Positions 50,457-60,395 are shown, counted from the first letter of the stretch. The stretch: 64,000 bases of DNA from Patescibacteria group bacterium (GCA_044868145.1 JBIOWE010000004.1:203197-267196); one strand, 5' to 3'. The notes: generated by a model not told the origin, from the sequence alone. Numbers and translations: made by a program.

Positions 50457-51122
50457 ATGCGCATCGATATTCTCACAATTTTTCCCCACATTTTCGATTC
50501 TTATTTCCAAGAAAGTATTTTGAAGCGCGCGGTCGCGAAAAAAATTCTCTCGTTTCATATTCATGATATTCGTCGCTTCGCTCGCGATAAGCACCGCACC
50601 GTGGATGACCGTCCGTATGGCGGCGGGCCAGGGATGATTTTGAAAATCGATCCACTCTATCGGTGTTTGCAGGCAGTGCCAAAAAAGAAGAACCGTCGTG
50701 CGATTTTGCTCACTCCCGGAGGAAAGATATTGCATCAGGGGTCCGTGAAGCGGCTAACGCGTTATGATCAATTGATATTAGTGTGTGGGCGCTACGAAGG
50801 GTTTGACGATCGGATTCGACCATATGTTGACGAAGAAATTTCCATCGGTGAATATGTACTTACCGGCGGTGAATTGCCCGTCATGGTTGTTGTGGATGCG
50901 GTGAGCCGGCACATTCCCGGCGTCCTTGGCAATGAAGCGTCTTCGAAAGATGAAACGTTCTCCAAGGGCAATACCTTGGCTGAATATCCGCAATACACCC
51001 GACCTGAAAAATTCCTTGGGAAACGCGTTCCACCCGTGCTCTTGAGCGGTGATCATAAGAAAATTGAGGCGTGGCGCGAGCAACACCGGCGCAAGCGGCC
51101 GATTCGTCGGCACAATCCTTGA
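50457..51122 (+). CDS. trmD: tRNA (guanine37-N1)-methyltransferase TrmD
   Basis: N-terminus MRIDILTIFP plus SPOUT-knot motifs (GRYEGFDDR, LTGGELP). Confidence 0.93.
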   Translation: MRIDILTIFPHIFDSYFQESILKRAVAKKILSFHIHDIRRFARDKHRTVDDRPYGGGPGMILKIDPLYRCLQAVPKKKNRRAILLTPGGKILHQGSVKRLTRYDQLILVCGRYEGFDDRIRPYVDEEISIGEYVLTGGELPVMVVVDAVSRHIPGVLGNEASSKDETFSKGNTLAEYPQYTRPEKFLGKRVPPVLLSGDHKKIEAWREQHRRKRPIRRHNP

Positions 51123-51147
51123 CAAAGTCCACTTTTCGGTATACAAT
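51119..51147 (+). promoter_or_regulatory. Consensus sigma-70 promoter (TTGACA-17-TACAAT) overlapping the trmD stop codon
   Basis: ccTTGACAaagtccacttttcggtaTACAATacg. The -35 is perfect and the -10 near-perfect, with a 17-nt spacer. Confidence 0.65.
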
Positions 51148-51260
51148 ACGCGTGCCAAGATCGATAGGTTGAAATTGGCTAATTTAAAAGGAAAAGGAGA
51201 CAAAAACTTAGCGGAGCAGACGATTATATACATCATAAATTAACGGTTTCGTCATTGTTT

Positions 51261-51292
51261 GAATCCCGCTTAAGTTCTGGGATTCTTTTTTG
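51261..51292 (+). terminator. Intrinsic terminator (GAATCCC-gcttaagttct-GGGATTC + TTTTTTG) about 110 nt downstream of the promoter
   Basis: Canonical hairpin plus a U-tract. The intervening 51154-51260 has no start codon after its AAGGAGA. Confidence 0.7.
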
Positions 51293-51411
51293 TCCCTTAA
51301 GTGACCTTTGACAATGAACATGTGACAGGAACCTGGTATGTAACCCATACCAGTCGGGAACGTCATAGTTGAAGCAATGAGCGATGGTGAATGCCATCCT
51401 TATTGTTTCTT

Positions 51412-52921
<1,510 letters not shown>

Positions 52922-53115
52922 AGGGAGAATAATGATTGTTTGTCGACATCAGCTCTGCTGATGACTTTAGTTCGTGGGCGTTCCCATTCTTGTCACATTT
53001 TCATTGCCAAAACCTCGACACGTTCGAGGTAAACCAAAACACATTGGCTTTACAATGCCAATGTTTTTTGTTAGCATGGAACAGTAATTGGCAAAATGAC
53101 CCCGCATAAAAATTT

Positions 53116-53190
53116 GGGTGCGTAGCTCAGTGGTAGAGCACGTCACTGATAATGACGGGGTCGGAGGTTCGATCCCTCCCGCACCCACCA
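53116..53190 (+). tRNA. tRNA-Ile (anticodon GAT), CCA encoded, in the 16S downstream spacer
   Basis: GGGTGCGTAGCTCAGTGGTAGAGCACGTCACTGATAATGACGGGGTCGGAGGTTCGATCCCTCCCGCACCCACCA. Anticodon loop CTGATAA. Confidence 0.9.
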
Positions 53191-53196
53191 ACCCCA

Positions 53197-53440
53197 AATT
53201 TTGTACGGGGCAAGTAATGACGAGGTTTAAGGTCTCAGGCCTGTCCCGTAAAAACGAGCATAGCGAATTTTGTGCGGGATTCGAATCCTGAGCCGCCCAC
53301 CGAGGGTGAAAAGAGCGCGCTTGCCCCGCAGGCGAGCGACGTAAAGTCGCGTTGCGACCACGTCGCTCTACGCGAAGCGAATTGTGCGGGGTCACTGATA
53401 ATGACGAGGTCGTCCCGCCAAGGCGGACCGTACCCACCAG
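53197..53440 (+). repeat. Three tRNA-Ile-derived degenerate repeats (AATTTTGTRCGGGG...TAATGACGAGGT) flanking a stem-loop-rich 150-nt insert that contains a GGATTCGAATCC T-loop-like palindrome
   Basis: Copies start at 53197, 53266 and 53379. The third reproduces the tRNA-Ile anticodon arm (GTCACTGATAATGAC) and 3' terminus (ACCCACCA) but has a non-tRNA hairpin in place of the T-arm. Strong hairpin GAGCGACG...CGTCGCTC at 53325-53369. Confidence 0.5.
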
Positions 53441-53467
53441 TGAGGATTATTATAAAAACCACAAAGT

Positions 53468-53539
53468 GCCGAGGTAGCTCAGTGGTAGAGCGCTGCCCTG
53501 AAGAGGCAGGCGTGGCCAGTTCGATTCTGGCCCTCGGCA
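53468..53539 (+). tRNA. tRNA-Phe (anticodon GAA), no CCA encoded
   Basis: GCCGAGGTAGCTCAGTGGTAGAGCGCTGCCCTGAAGAGGCAGGCGTGGCCAGTTCGATTCTGGCCCTCGGCA. Anticodon stem CTGCC/GGCAG, loop CTGAAGA. Confidence 0.85.
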
Positions 53540-53646
53540 CTTTGTGGTTCTTTGTTTAAGTAAGCATCTTCTCAATTCTGGCAGTTCATTGGGTCGAGGA
53601 GGCACCCCGACGTAAGGAGGGTAGCTTCGCAACTGTATAACAAAAA

Positions 53647-53676
53647 AGAGTGGGACTTTCCACTCTTTTCTTTATT
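53647..53676. terminator. Bidirectional intrinsic terminator (AGAGTGG-gacttt-CCACTCT) ending the 16S-tRNA transcription unit. No 23S gene follows
   Basis: A-run upstream and TTTTCTTTATTC downstream. The next feature is a convergent minus-strand CDS. Confidence 0.7.
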
Positions 53677-53678
53677 CT

Positions 53679-54167
53679 TTAGAGAATTTCCATTTTAACG
53701 TATCGCGCGCCCCACTGTTTGGCCTGCTCTCGCGATGGCATCCAAATGTCTGCCATGTGATTATGTTTCGGAGCCATACGATCCGCCACCACAAAGATTT
53801 TATCCCCAAAGTTATCTGGAAAGCGGACGCGCGTGCCGAACGGCAAGGAGTTTGCCGCGATAATGCCGTCGCGAACCTTTTGACCGGATGCGGTCGTAAA
53901 TGGGTCGCCATCAGTTTGGTCCTTGGTCGATGAGTACGCCGTGACAGTCAGGCGAATACTCCGTTTTGCCTCCGGACGCGGTATGCTTGGAATTTCCGGC
54001 AATCGTCCAGGTGCTTGATCGGTACGCTGCTCTGCGAACCTCACAAAAGAGGGGTTCACGGCCAACTCTACTGCGGCAGCATGCTGCGGGAAGCCAAATT
54101 CCCATAATACAATGACCGCCACCAGGAAGGCGACTTTTTGCATATCAATTTTGAGATGTTTTGGCAT
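53679..54167 (-). CDS. 3D-domain protein (MltA/YabE-like cell-wall-binding DPBB domain) with signal/TM anchor
   Basis: N-terminal hydrophobic segment. 3D-domain motifs: VTAYSS...DGDPFTTASG...GIIAAN.LPFGTRV...VVADRM...DIW. Confidence 0.7.
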   Translation of the reverse strand: MPKHLKIDMQKVAFLVAVIVLWEFGFPQHAAAVELAVNPSFVRFAEQRTDQAPGRLPEIPSIPRPEAKRSIRLTVTAYSSTKDQTDGDPFTTASGQKVRDGIIAANSLPFGTRVRFPDNFGDKIFVVADRMAPKHNHMADIWMPSREQAKQWGARYVKMEIL

Positions 54168-54457
54168 AATTTCCCTATTATTAGCCTAAAATTCCAATCA
54201 AAAAGCACCCTATCACAGGGTGCCAGGTTGGAATGGGCTATCTTAGCAGATAGCTATATTTTGTCAACCCATCGACAAGCTCACTTCGGGTCTGAGCCTC
54301 AGGGTCGAAGACAGGATTTCCTAGGCTAATTGTTACAGTATTGTCTAGTAGTTAGTTTTTTGATCCTGAACGAGGCGAAAAGCCGAGCTGAAGGATCAAC
54401 CGAAGAGCTATAAAATAAAAAAAGCCACTGTTGCAGACTTATTTTATGGACTATTGA

Positions 54458-55195
54458 TTACAAAGCTGCGCCAACGAGAGATTTGAGCGCAAAACCGACA
54501 ACGTATGCAACCACCGCCGCGATGCCGCCCACGAAAAGCACTTTGAGACCGCTTGTAAACCAGCGCGCGCCAGTGACAACAGTACGTAAACTGCCGACGG
54601 CAAATAACGTGATAGCTGTTAAAATAGTTGAAGCTGCGAATTTGTTTTCAAGTGATGGAACAAGGTATGGGAGTAACGGGATGAGTCCAGCGACTGCAAA
54701 TGCTACGAATGTGGTCGTACCATGCTTTAAAGCGCTTTTTTGCTCGCCGGGGATAATACCAAGTTCATGGATCATCATTTCATCCACCCAAACCTTCTTA
54801 TTCGTTGTAATAGTTTGGACGATCTTCTCCAATTGCTCTCCAGAAAACCCTTTCTTTTTGTAGGCGCTGCGGATTTCTGCTTTCTCTTCTTCCGGCCACT
54901 CCTCCGCTTCTTTTTCTTCAACCAATCGTTCAAACGTTTCATAATCCTGCCGTGACTTTGTGCCTAGGTAATTTCCCGATGCCATGGAAAAGCCATCAGC
55001 CAAAAGGTTGGCAAAGCCGAGAATAATAACGATCGAGCTCGCCAGCTCCGCGCCTGCGACGCCAGATACGACGGCAAACGTTGTGACAATGCCGTCATTT
55101 GCGGCGAATACCATGTCGCCAATGTAGCCGCCGGCAACGCGTCGGTGCAGCTCGCGCCTTGAACGAACGTCATGATGAGATTGCGGTTGTTTCAT
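54458..55195 (-). CDS. VIT-family (CCC1-like) Fe/Mn transporter
   Basis: N-terminal ferritin-like region with conserved D/E, followed by 5 TM helices typical of VIT1/CCC1. Confidence 0.75.
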   Translation of the reverse strand: MKQPQSHHDVRSRRELHRRVAGGYIGDMVFAANDGIVTTFAVVSGVAGAELASSIVIILGFANLLADGFSMASGNYLGTKSRQDYETFERLVEEKEAEEWPEEEKAEIRSAYKKKGFSGEQLEKIVQTITTNKKVWVDEMMIHELGIIPGEQKSALKHGTTTFVAFAVAGLIPLLPYLVPSLENKFAASTILTAITLFAVGSLRTVVTGARWFTSGLKVLFVGGIAAVVAYVVGFALKSLVGAAL

Positions 55196-55486
55196 TTACG
55201 ATTTTATTTGCACGTTGCCCCCATCGATAATAATCACGCGCGCAGACAAAGGTTCTTCCGCCGGCCCTTCTTTCACAGAGCCATCGGGGTAATATTGTGA
55301 GCCATGGCACGGGCATTGCCAATTTTTATCGTCGCCGTTCCATTCAATTTCGCACATTTCATGCGTGCATAGCGGAGAAAAACCATGCAGTTCGCCTATT
55401 TCATCCCGGTAAATTGCAACATACTCGCCATTGACGTCGAGTATTTTGCCTTCGCCTTTTTGCGGGAGGTCGTTTGGTGAAGTCAT
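55196..55486 (-). CDS. Small Rieske [2Fe-2S] domain protein
   Basis: Box I CTHEMC (CxH) and box II CPCH (CxxH), 16 residues apart. 96 aa. Confidence 0.8.
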   Translation of the reverse strand: MTSPNDLPQKGEGKILDVNGEYVAIYRDEIGELHGFSPLCTHEMCEIEWNGDDKNWQCPCHGSQYYPDGSVKEGPAEEPLSARVIIIDGGNVQIKS

Positions 55487-55504
55487 ATCTTTCTTGGAGC
55501 GGGT

Positions 55505-55578
55505 AGGGGGAATCGAACCCCCGGCAACAGCTTGGAAAGCTGTGGTATTGCCATTATACGATACCCGCCCGCCCGATT
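55505..55578 (-). tRNA. tRNA-Gly (anticodon TCC), CCA encoded
   Basis: Minus strand: GCGGGTATCGTATAATGGCAATACCACAGCTTTCCAAGCTGTTGCCGGGGGTTCGATTCCCCCTACCCGCTCCA. Confidence 0.85.
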
Positions 55579-55644
55579 TTTCGAAAGTTCACCTTCATCT
55601 TTATTTCGAGCTTGACCCGAAAAATAAATTTGATGATGTTTAGA

Positions 55645-55667
55645 AAAATTGGGAGGACACGCCACTC
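55645..55667 (-). promoter_or_regulatory. Conserved leader box (GAGTGGCGTGTCCTCCCAATTTT on the minus strand) upstream of tRNA-Gly(TCC). A near-identical copy lies upstream of tRNA-Gly(GCC)
   Basis: About 22 of 24 nt identical to 60721-60748. Both copies sit 70-100 nt 5' of a minus-strand tRNA-Gly gene. Confidence 0.5.
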
Positions 55668-55702
55668 TATTTTCTAATGAATTTGAAATAGTGACGTAAC
55701 GT

Positions 55703-55930
55703 TTAATCAATATATCTTTTTCCCCAACCGCTTTTGATGTACTTTTCTCTCGCAATGGCATCTTCCTTCACAACATACGCCTCATAATAAATCAACTTCC
55801 ATGGGCGCCAGGGTTTTGTGTACCTGACGAGCCCATCATTATGTTCCCGCAGTCTTTTCTTTAGGTCCCCAGCGAAGCCTTTATATAGTCGACTATCCTT
55901 CTTACTTTGTAAAACGTACACATAGTACAT
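55703..55930 (-). CDS. GIY-YIG nuclease-family small protein (UPF0213-like)
   Basis: MYYVYVLQSKKDSRLYKGFAGDLKKRLREHN is a classic GIY-YIG motif. 75 aa. Confidence 0.75.
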   Translation of the reverse strand: MYYVYVLQSKKDSRLYKGFAGDLKKRLREHNDGLVRYTKPWRPWKLIYYEAYVVKEDAIAREKYIKSGWGKRYID

Positions 55931-55997
55931 AACTTGTCGTTTATTATATCATATACTTCATAATAAAAAGTGGGAGTTTTTAGGCTCCCACTCGATC

Positions 55998-56228
55998 TTA
56001 TGTTGCCAGCAATGCTGGCTGTACTGCGCCAATGGGCGGGAACTTACGGAAGTTGACTGGCCTACGAATGTTTCGCCGGTATTCTTCCATCTGCCTATTA
56101 AATTCTTCTATTTCTTCCTTGGTAGGCATTTTGATCTTAGTGAGATCAAATTGAATTTTCAACTTCGCGTCTGATGATTTTTGAATAAGTTCCCTATCCT
56201 GCTCGGCCTGAACCTTCTTTTTTTTCAA
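55998..56228 (-). CDS. Small hypothetical protein (76 aa, Lys/Glu-rich)
   Basis: ORF only. Good SD-like aaggaggtg on the minus strand upstream. Confidence 0.4.
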   Translation of the reverse strand: MKKKKVQAEQDRELIQKSSDAKLKIQFDLTKIKMPTKEEIEEFNRQMEEYRRNIRRPVNFRKFPPIGAVQPALLAT

Positions 56229-56251
56229 GAGTACACCTCCTTTTCACTAAG

Positions 56252-56602
56252 TTAAGGTTGCCACAAATACTTTTGTAAGTCAATCCAATATGTGCTGCTC
56301 CGTTCTGCGACCTTGATGCCCTCATGTTCAAGCACGCGTTTTTGAAGCTCGCGCGTGTGCTCTTCGCAGGTTGTGCTGATCATGCCCTGCCGATTAATCA
56401 CGCGATGCCAGGGGATCTCTCTCAATCGATCTTCTTTCAGGACATGCAAAGCCCAACCAACCATACGAGCCCCTCGGGGAGAACCGCAGAACGCAGCAAT
56501 CTGGCCGTAGGTCGCCACGCGGCCTCGGGGAATGCTCCTGACCATCGTATATACTCGTTCATAGAACGATGGCTGAGCTGTTTTTTGCGGTCGCTTTAGC
56601 AT
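56252..56602 (-). CDS. Alkyltransferase-like protein (ATL). MGMT/Ogt DNA-binding domain with Trp replacing the active-site Cys (PWHRV)
   Basis: IPRGRVATYGQIA...IPWHRVINRQG. The canonical motif is PCHRV; the W substitution defines the non-catalytic ATL proteins. Confidence 0.75.
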   Translation of the reverse strand: MLKRPQKTAQPSFYERVYTMVRSIPRGRVATYGQIAAFCGSPRGARMVGWALHVLKEDRLREIPWHRVINRQGMISTTCEEHTRELQKRVLEHEGIKVAERSSTYWIDLQKYLWQP

Positions 56603-57825
56603 TCAGACCCAAGTCCGCCAACGCAATTTTCAGTAGGCGGAGATCCCCGTTCAGGGCATTTTTCGGAATAGATACACGCCTCGTCAGAAACACTTTTTGC
56701 TTGCTGTTGTATTTTTTCGTCCGCTTCCGAGCCATACGTGATGAGAATGCGGTCCAGGTCATGCGGCTTGTAATCAGCAAATTGGTCGTTCGCAGCGCCG
56801 TTTACCATAAGGCGTAGAATGTTCCCATTGCCCGTGCAATATTGTTTCCCGTCATCCAGCGTGAGACAGAGCGGGTCGAGTTTCATCCCGATTGATGTCA
56901 GAAATTGGCCAATGGTTACGTCTGCCGCGTGGATATGGACAATGTCTCCATTGCCGTCATGCACGTGAATTTCGGGGTCAAGCTCCGCTTCCTCGGTGGA
57001 TTGGTATTTTGCTTGCGTCAGGTCAACTGTTTTTCCGTTGACGTACATCTTGAAGCCGAAGTGGGCGTGTACGGATCCGTCTGAAGAATGGATTGGGGCG
57101 TTTTGAGCCGCCTCATCAATCAGTTTTTTGAAGTCCTCAAGGGATCGCGGATTTTGAATTTTTACACCTTGAAGGAAAAATGACGGCGTCGCGTTTACTT
57201 TTAACGCTGTGCCGGATGCAATGTCTTCTTTCACGAGATCATTGATTTCCGAAGATTGCATATCCGTTTTAAATTGCTCGACGCTCAGGCCGATAGACTG
57301 CGCATAATTCGTAAACAGTTCGACCTCATTTGGCGCTGTTGACCATTCGGATTGTTTCTCGAATAATATGTCGTGAAACGCAAAGAATTTATCTTGCTTG
57401 CCTGCGGCTTCCGCGGCTCGTGCAGCCGGCATTGCGTTTGGATGGATGTTTACGAGCGGATAATGACGATAGACGATAGCGATCGTGTCGCCATAGGCCT
57501 CGCTGAGTTGTTTTACGACAGGATAGTATGCACCACACGCAGGGCATTGGAAGTCAGAATATTCAATAAGAACAACGTTCGCGTCGGGGTTTCCTTTTAC
57601 CCAGTCGCCTGACTCAACTTTTGTTGATGCCGTATTTGTGTTTTGAGTAGAATTTCCGCCCCATATGACAAGTCCCCAAACGGCAAGACCGATCGCCGCA
57701 ATCACGGCAACCCAGATGACGATTATTTTCGTGCGTTTTGATTGTTTTGTTTGTTGTTGTGAAGCGGCCTTTTCTTGTTTTTTTAACTCTCGACGCTGAC
57801 GTTTTGTGAGGTGTTGTTCATCCAT
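56596..57825 (-). CDS. Membrane-anchored DsbA-like thiol:disulfide oxidoreductase (CPAC) with a C-terminal His-rich extension
   Basis: TM helix (IIVIWVAVIAAIGLAVWGLVIW), thioredoxin-fold motif FQCPACGAYYP, then a domain of about 130 aa with HAHFGF...HVHDGNGDIVHIH and a terminal Cys pair. Probable start MDEQHL at 57825; the track ORF extends to 57981. Confidence 0.7.
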   Translation of the reverse strand: MDEQHLTKRQRRELKKQEKAASQQQTKQSKRTKIIVIWVAVIAAIGLAVWGLVIWGGNSTQNTNTASTKVESGDWVKGNPDANVVLIEYSDFQCPACGAYYPVVKQLSEAYGDTIAIVYRHYPLVNIHPNAMPAARAAEAAGKQDKFFAFHDILFEKQSEWSTAPNEVELFTNYAQSIGLSVEQFKTDMQSSEINDLVKEDIASGTALKVNATPSFFLQGVKIQNPRSLEDFKKLIDEAAQNAPIHSSDGSVHAHFGFKMYVNGKTVDLTQAKYQSTEEAELDPEIHVHDGNGDIVHIHAADVTIGQFLTSIGMKLDPLCLTLDDGKQYCTGNGNILRLMVNGAANDQFADYKPHDLDRILITYGSEADEKIQQQAKSVSDEACIYSEKCPERGSPPTENCVGGLGSEC

Positions 57826-58116
57826 AGTAGTTTGTATTTTACCACACGCCAAGCAACGAAACAAATGAAAAAAGGCCATTTCAGTGATCAATGGCCGTTT
57901 TTCTGGTCGGCCTTCGTGGAACACGTTAGAACCTGGTGTAAAGAAAATGCTGGAAAATTTGAGGTTCCGATTATTGGCCAAAATACTCCTTAAGTGTATC
58001 AGGTGGCTTGTCCACTTTTAAGGTGGAAAAATTGCACATATGAGCAAGAACCCTAAAAGAGATGCCTTATTTCTTTTTGGCCACTGCTGACTTGAATGCC
58101 AGCAAAGCTGGCGTTT

Positions 58117-59532
58117 TTAATCAAACATGGTTAGTAACCGCCAGGTAGCAAAACCAAAAAAACTATATGCTGCACCACGTAAGGCTAAAATGTATACAGG
58201 AAAATCTATCCTTTCTTTAAAGTAAACAGAATCGTAACTTTGTTCTAATTTTGAATACAAAAGTGCAAGCTCGCCCAAATTAGACCCCCGCCATTTCACA
58301 ATTTTATCAATCATTGCAATCAGGCTGTGCTTGATATTATCTTCTTCGTTGTTCTCCAGGTCCTTTTTAACAAACGGCAAAATCAATTCACCCAGTTGTT
58401 TCGTTTTATTTTTATTGGCTGAAGAGTCATCACTCCTTAGACCGTGAATCAAATTAAATACGCCCGTATTGAAGAGTTTTTCTAAATTAGCATTTTGCTG
58501 TTTCTTTAACACCCCAATCGCCTTGACTATTCTAACTTCATTGGAAACCAGTTCCTCTTCTAAGCCAATTAGAGGAAATTCCGACCTAATTTTTAAAATG
58601 ATGTCTAGGCACCGGACAAAGACTTTTCGGGCTATAGGAAGATGGTGCCTATGGCCCTTTTTGCCTTCTGGGTGAATATATAGCAGTGGCTCTGGTTTAA
58701 TGTCACCGTGAACGATTGAATTCCTCAGCTTCCAAAATTTATCAAGCCACAAACTTAAGTTTTTTGAATGGCCAAGGACATTCAACAAAGCCGTTTTTAT
58801 CTGGGCCTTTACTCCACGCTCTTCTTCCTCTGGTCTTAATAATGCCTCAAGTGCTGTATGAACATTTAGAATTGCCTCACTTAAATCTACACCTCGCCCA
58901 TAATGTGAATAAGAACGGTTGAACCACTCAATAGACCGTAAGATTCTTTTGTCTTCATCGTGTTTAAGAAGAAAGTTTCCGTAGAGATAAAAAGCTTTAA
59001 AGTAGTCATTTTCTTTTATTTGATTGGTTGTTAAGACCAATGAGTGCACCTCGGTTTGGGGCATGTAAGGATGGTTTGTTTTCCCTTTATGTAAATGGAA
59101 ATTAAATGCACTTTCGTTATTCAAAATACCTTGATAATAAATGAAATCATCGCCTCCATTTAATTGCTCGCCAGTTATTTTAAATACAAAATAATTGAAA
59201 TGGTCAAATTTACTGTTTTCTTTTAAATCGCTTAGCTGGGAAAATCTTAAAACAGCCGATATCTTTTTTAATTTATCTTTGAGGTTTTCCCATTGTTTGA
59301 GACTAGCCACATAAGTAATTGCATAAGACCATTGAAATATCTGTTGGCTTCTCCCAAATCTGAACAACTTTGCAATATTGAGTAGATGGCTTCCAACGTC
59401 CTCTATTTCTTTATCTACATTTTCTCTGTAGGAAGGTTTAATGCTGAAACCATCAATTTCAATTCCGTCCTTTTCATATATGAAAAGATATGGAAAAATG
59501 ATTATCATTAAATGTTTAGGCCGCTTCCTCAT
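58117..59532 (-). CDS. AT-rich, foreign-looking 471-aa protein with an Rx4H (RNSIVH) HEPN-type motif. Candidate abortive-infection/defence (Abi-like) gene
   Basis: GC is far below that of flanking genes. No TM helix. Central motif KLRNSIVHGD fits the HEPN Rx4-6H signature. Located between a thiol-oxidoreductase gene and a tRNA cluster. The family assignment is inference. Confidence 0.45.
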   Translation of the reverse strand: MRKRPKHLMIIIFPYLFIYEKDGIEIDGFSIKPSYRENVDKEIEDVGSHLLNIAKLFRFGRSQQIFQWSYAITYVASLKQWENLKDKLKKISAVLRFSQLSDLKENSKFDHFNYFVFKITGEQLNGGDDFIYYQGILNNESAFNFHLHKGKTNHPYMPQTEVHSLVLTTNQIKENDYFKAFYLYGNFLLKHDEDKRILRSIEWFNRSYSHYGRGVDLSEAILNVHTALEALLRPEEEERGVKAQIKTALLNVLGHSKNLSLWLDKFWKLRNSIVHGDIKPEPLLYIHPEGKKGHRHHLPIARKVFVRCLDIILKIRSEFPLIGLEEELVSNEVRIVKAIGVLKKQQNANLEKLFNTGVFNLIHGLRSDDSSANKNKTKQLGELILPFVKKDLENNEEDNIKHSLIAMIDKIVKWRGSNLGELALLYSKLEQSYDSVYFKERIDFPVYILALRGAAYSFFGFATWRLLTMFD

Positions 59533-59665
59533 TGTTTTCTTTACTTTTGGAAATGGGATAGCCCACCCCTATCTTCGGAACTGTCGCTCGTTAATAATCA
59601 GGAGTGTTTATTAGAAATCCCAGTTTATGATTAAAAAATACCTTTGCTTCTACTCCGTGTCAAGC

Positions 59666-59695
59666 TAACATGGTGAGGTCATATCATTGACCTCA
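59666..59695. repeat. Perfect 12-bp inverted repeat ATGGTGAGGTCA-tatcat-TGACCTCACCAT in the divergent promoter region between the AT-rich gene and a small + ORF
   Basis: Read from the sequence. Candidate operator. Confidence 0.6.
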
Positions 59696-59701
59696 CCATT
59701 T

Positions 59702-59905
59702 ATGTTACCTCAAAAAGCAATCGAGGACCTCAAAGAGACTTACCGGAAAGAGTTCAGACAGGAACTCTCCGACAAAGAGGCCTGCGAAATGGCATATCGT
59801 CTCTTGAGCTTCTTTGAGATTGTTCTCCGGCCGGTCCCCCAAGACAGTGAAAAGAAGGGGCCAGGGAAGAGTGAAGGGGCTGGCCAGCTTCCCCTATTCT
59901 CCTAG
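59702..59905 (+). CDS. Small hypothetical protein (67 aa) immediately downstream of the palindrome
   Basis: ATG at 59702 (the track ORF starts at a TTG at 59687). Followed by a terminator-like hairpin TGGCTC...GAGCCA + TTTTTAG at about 59985-60010. Confidence 0.35.
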   Translation: MLPQKAIEDLKETYRKEFRQELSDKEACEMAYRLLSFFEIVLRPVPQDSEKKGPGKSEGAGQLPLFS

Positions 59906-60059
59906 CAGAGGTTCTAACCTCTCACTTCCCCTGTGGATAGATAGAAAATCTTATCTCTCTGCGCAACTTTTCATCTACCAAAAAATGGCTCTTGGGTGAG
60001 CCACTTTTTAGACATTTCCACAGCCTGGTTGGAAAAATTGCGCATCTGGATAAACTATT

Positions 60060-60131
60060 TCGGGGAGACAGGATTCGAACCTGCGACCCCTCGCTCCCAA
60101 AGCGAGTGCGCTACCGCTGCGCCACTCCCCG
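60060..60131 (-). tRNA. tRNA-Pro (anticodon TGG)
   Basis: Minus strand: CGGGGAGTGGCGCAGCGGTAGCGCACTCGCTTTGGGAGCGAGGGGTCGCAGGTTCGAATCCTGTCTCCCCGA. Confidence 0.85.
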
Positions 60132-60240
60132 ATGTTCCTTAATGCCGCCGGTCGTAATCCCCGCCTGCACGACGTTTCGGCGGGGGAACGTATATTTTCA
60201 CGTTCCGGGGCAAGCGAACCGACGTTATTTGTCACCGAAA

Positions 60241-60324
60241 TGCCGAGGGTGGGAATCGAACCCACACGACCTTGCGATCACGGGATTTTAAGTCCCGCGC
60301 GTCTGCCTGTTCCGCCACCCCGGC
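60241..60324 (-). tRNA. tRNA-Leu (anticodon TAA), long variable arm
   Basis: Minus strand: GCCGGGGTGGCGGAACAGGCAGACGCGCGGGACTTAAAATCCCGTGATCGCAAGGTCGTGTGGGTTCGATTCCCACCCTCGGCA. Confidence 0.85.
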
Positions 60325-60395
60325 TTGTTCTATCTGAGCGTGTATCTAGTGGAGTTCACCCAGCACATGGAGTGAAAACGAAATGGTGCCGGGCA

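Noticed and set aside
51049-51243. 64-aa ORF spanning the trmD stop and the downstream promoter
   Set aside because: It starts inside trmD in another frame, and its body coincides with the consensus promoter and the short non-coding transcript. No SD.
52922-53700. Expected 23S rRNA and tRNA-Ala after the 16S gene
   Set aside because: These were looked for and not found. The sequence after tRNA-Ile contains only tRNA fragments, tRNA-Phe and a terminator, with no 23S 5' signature.
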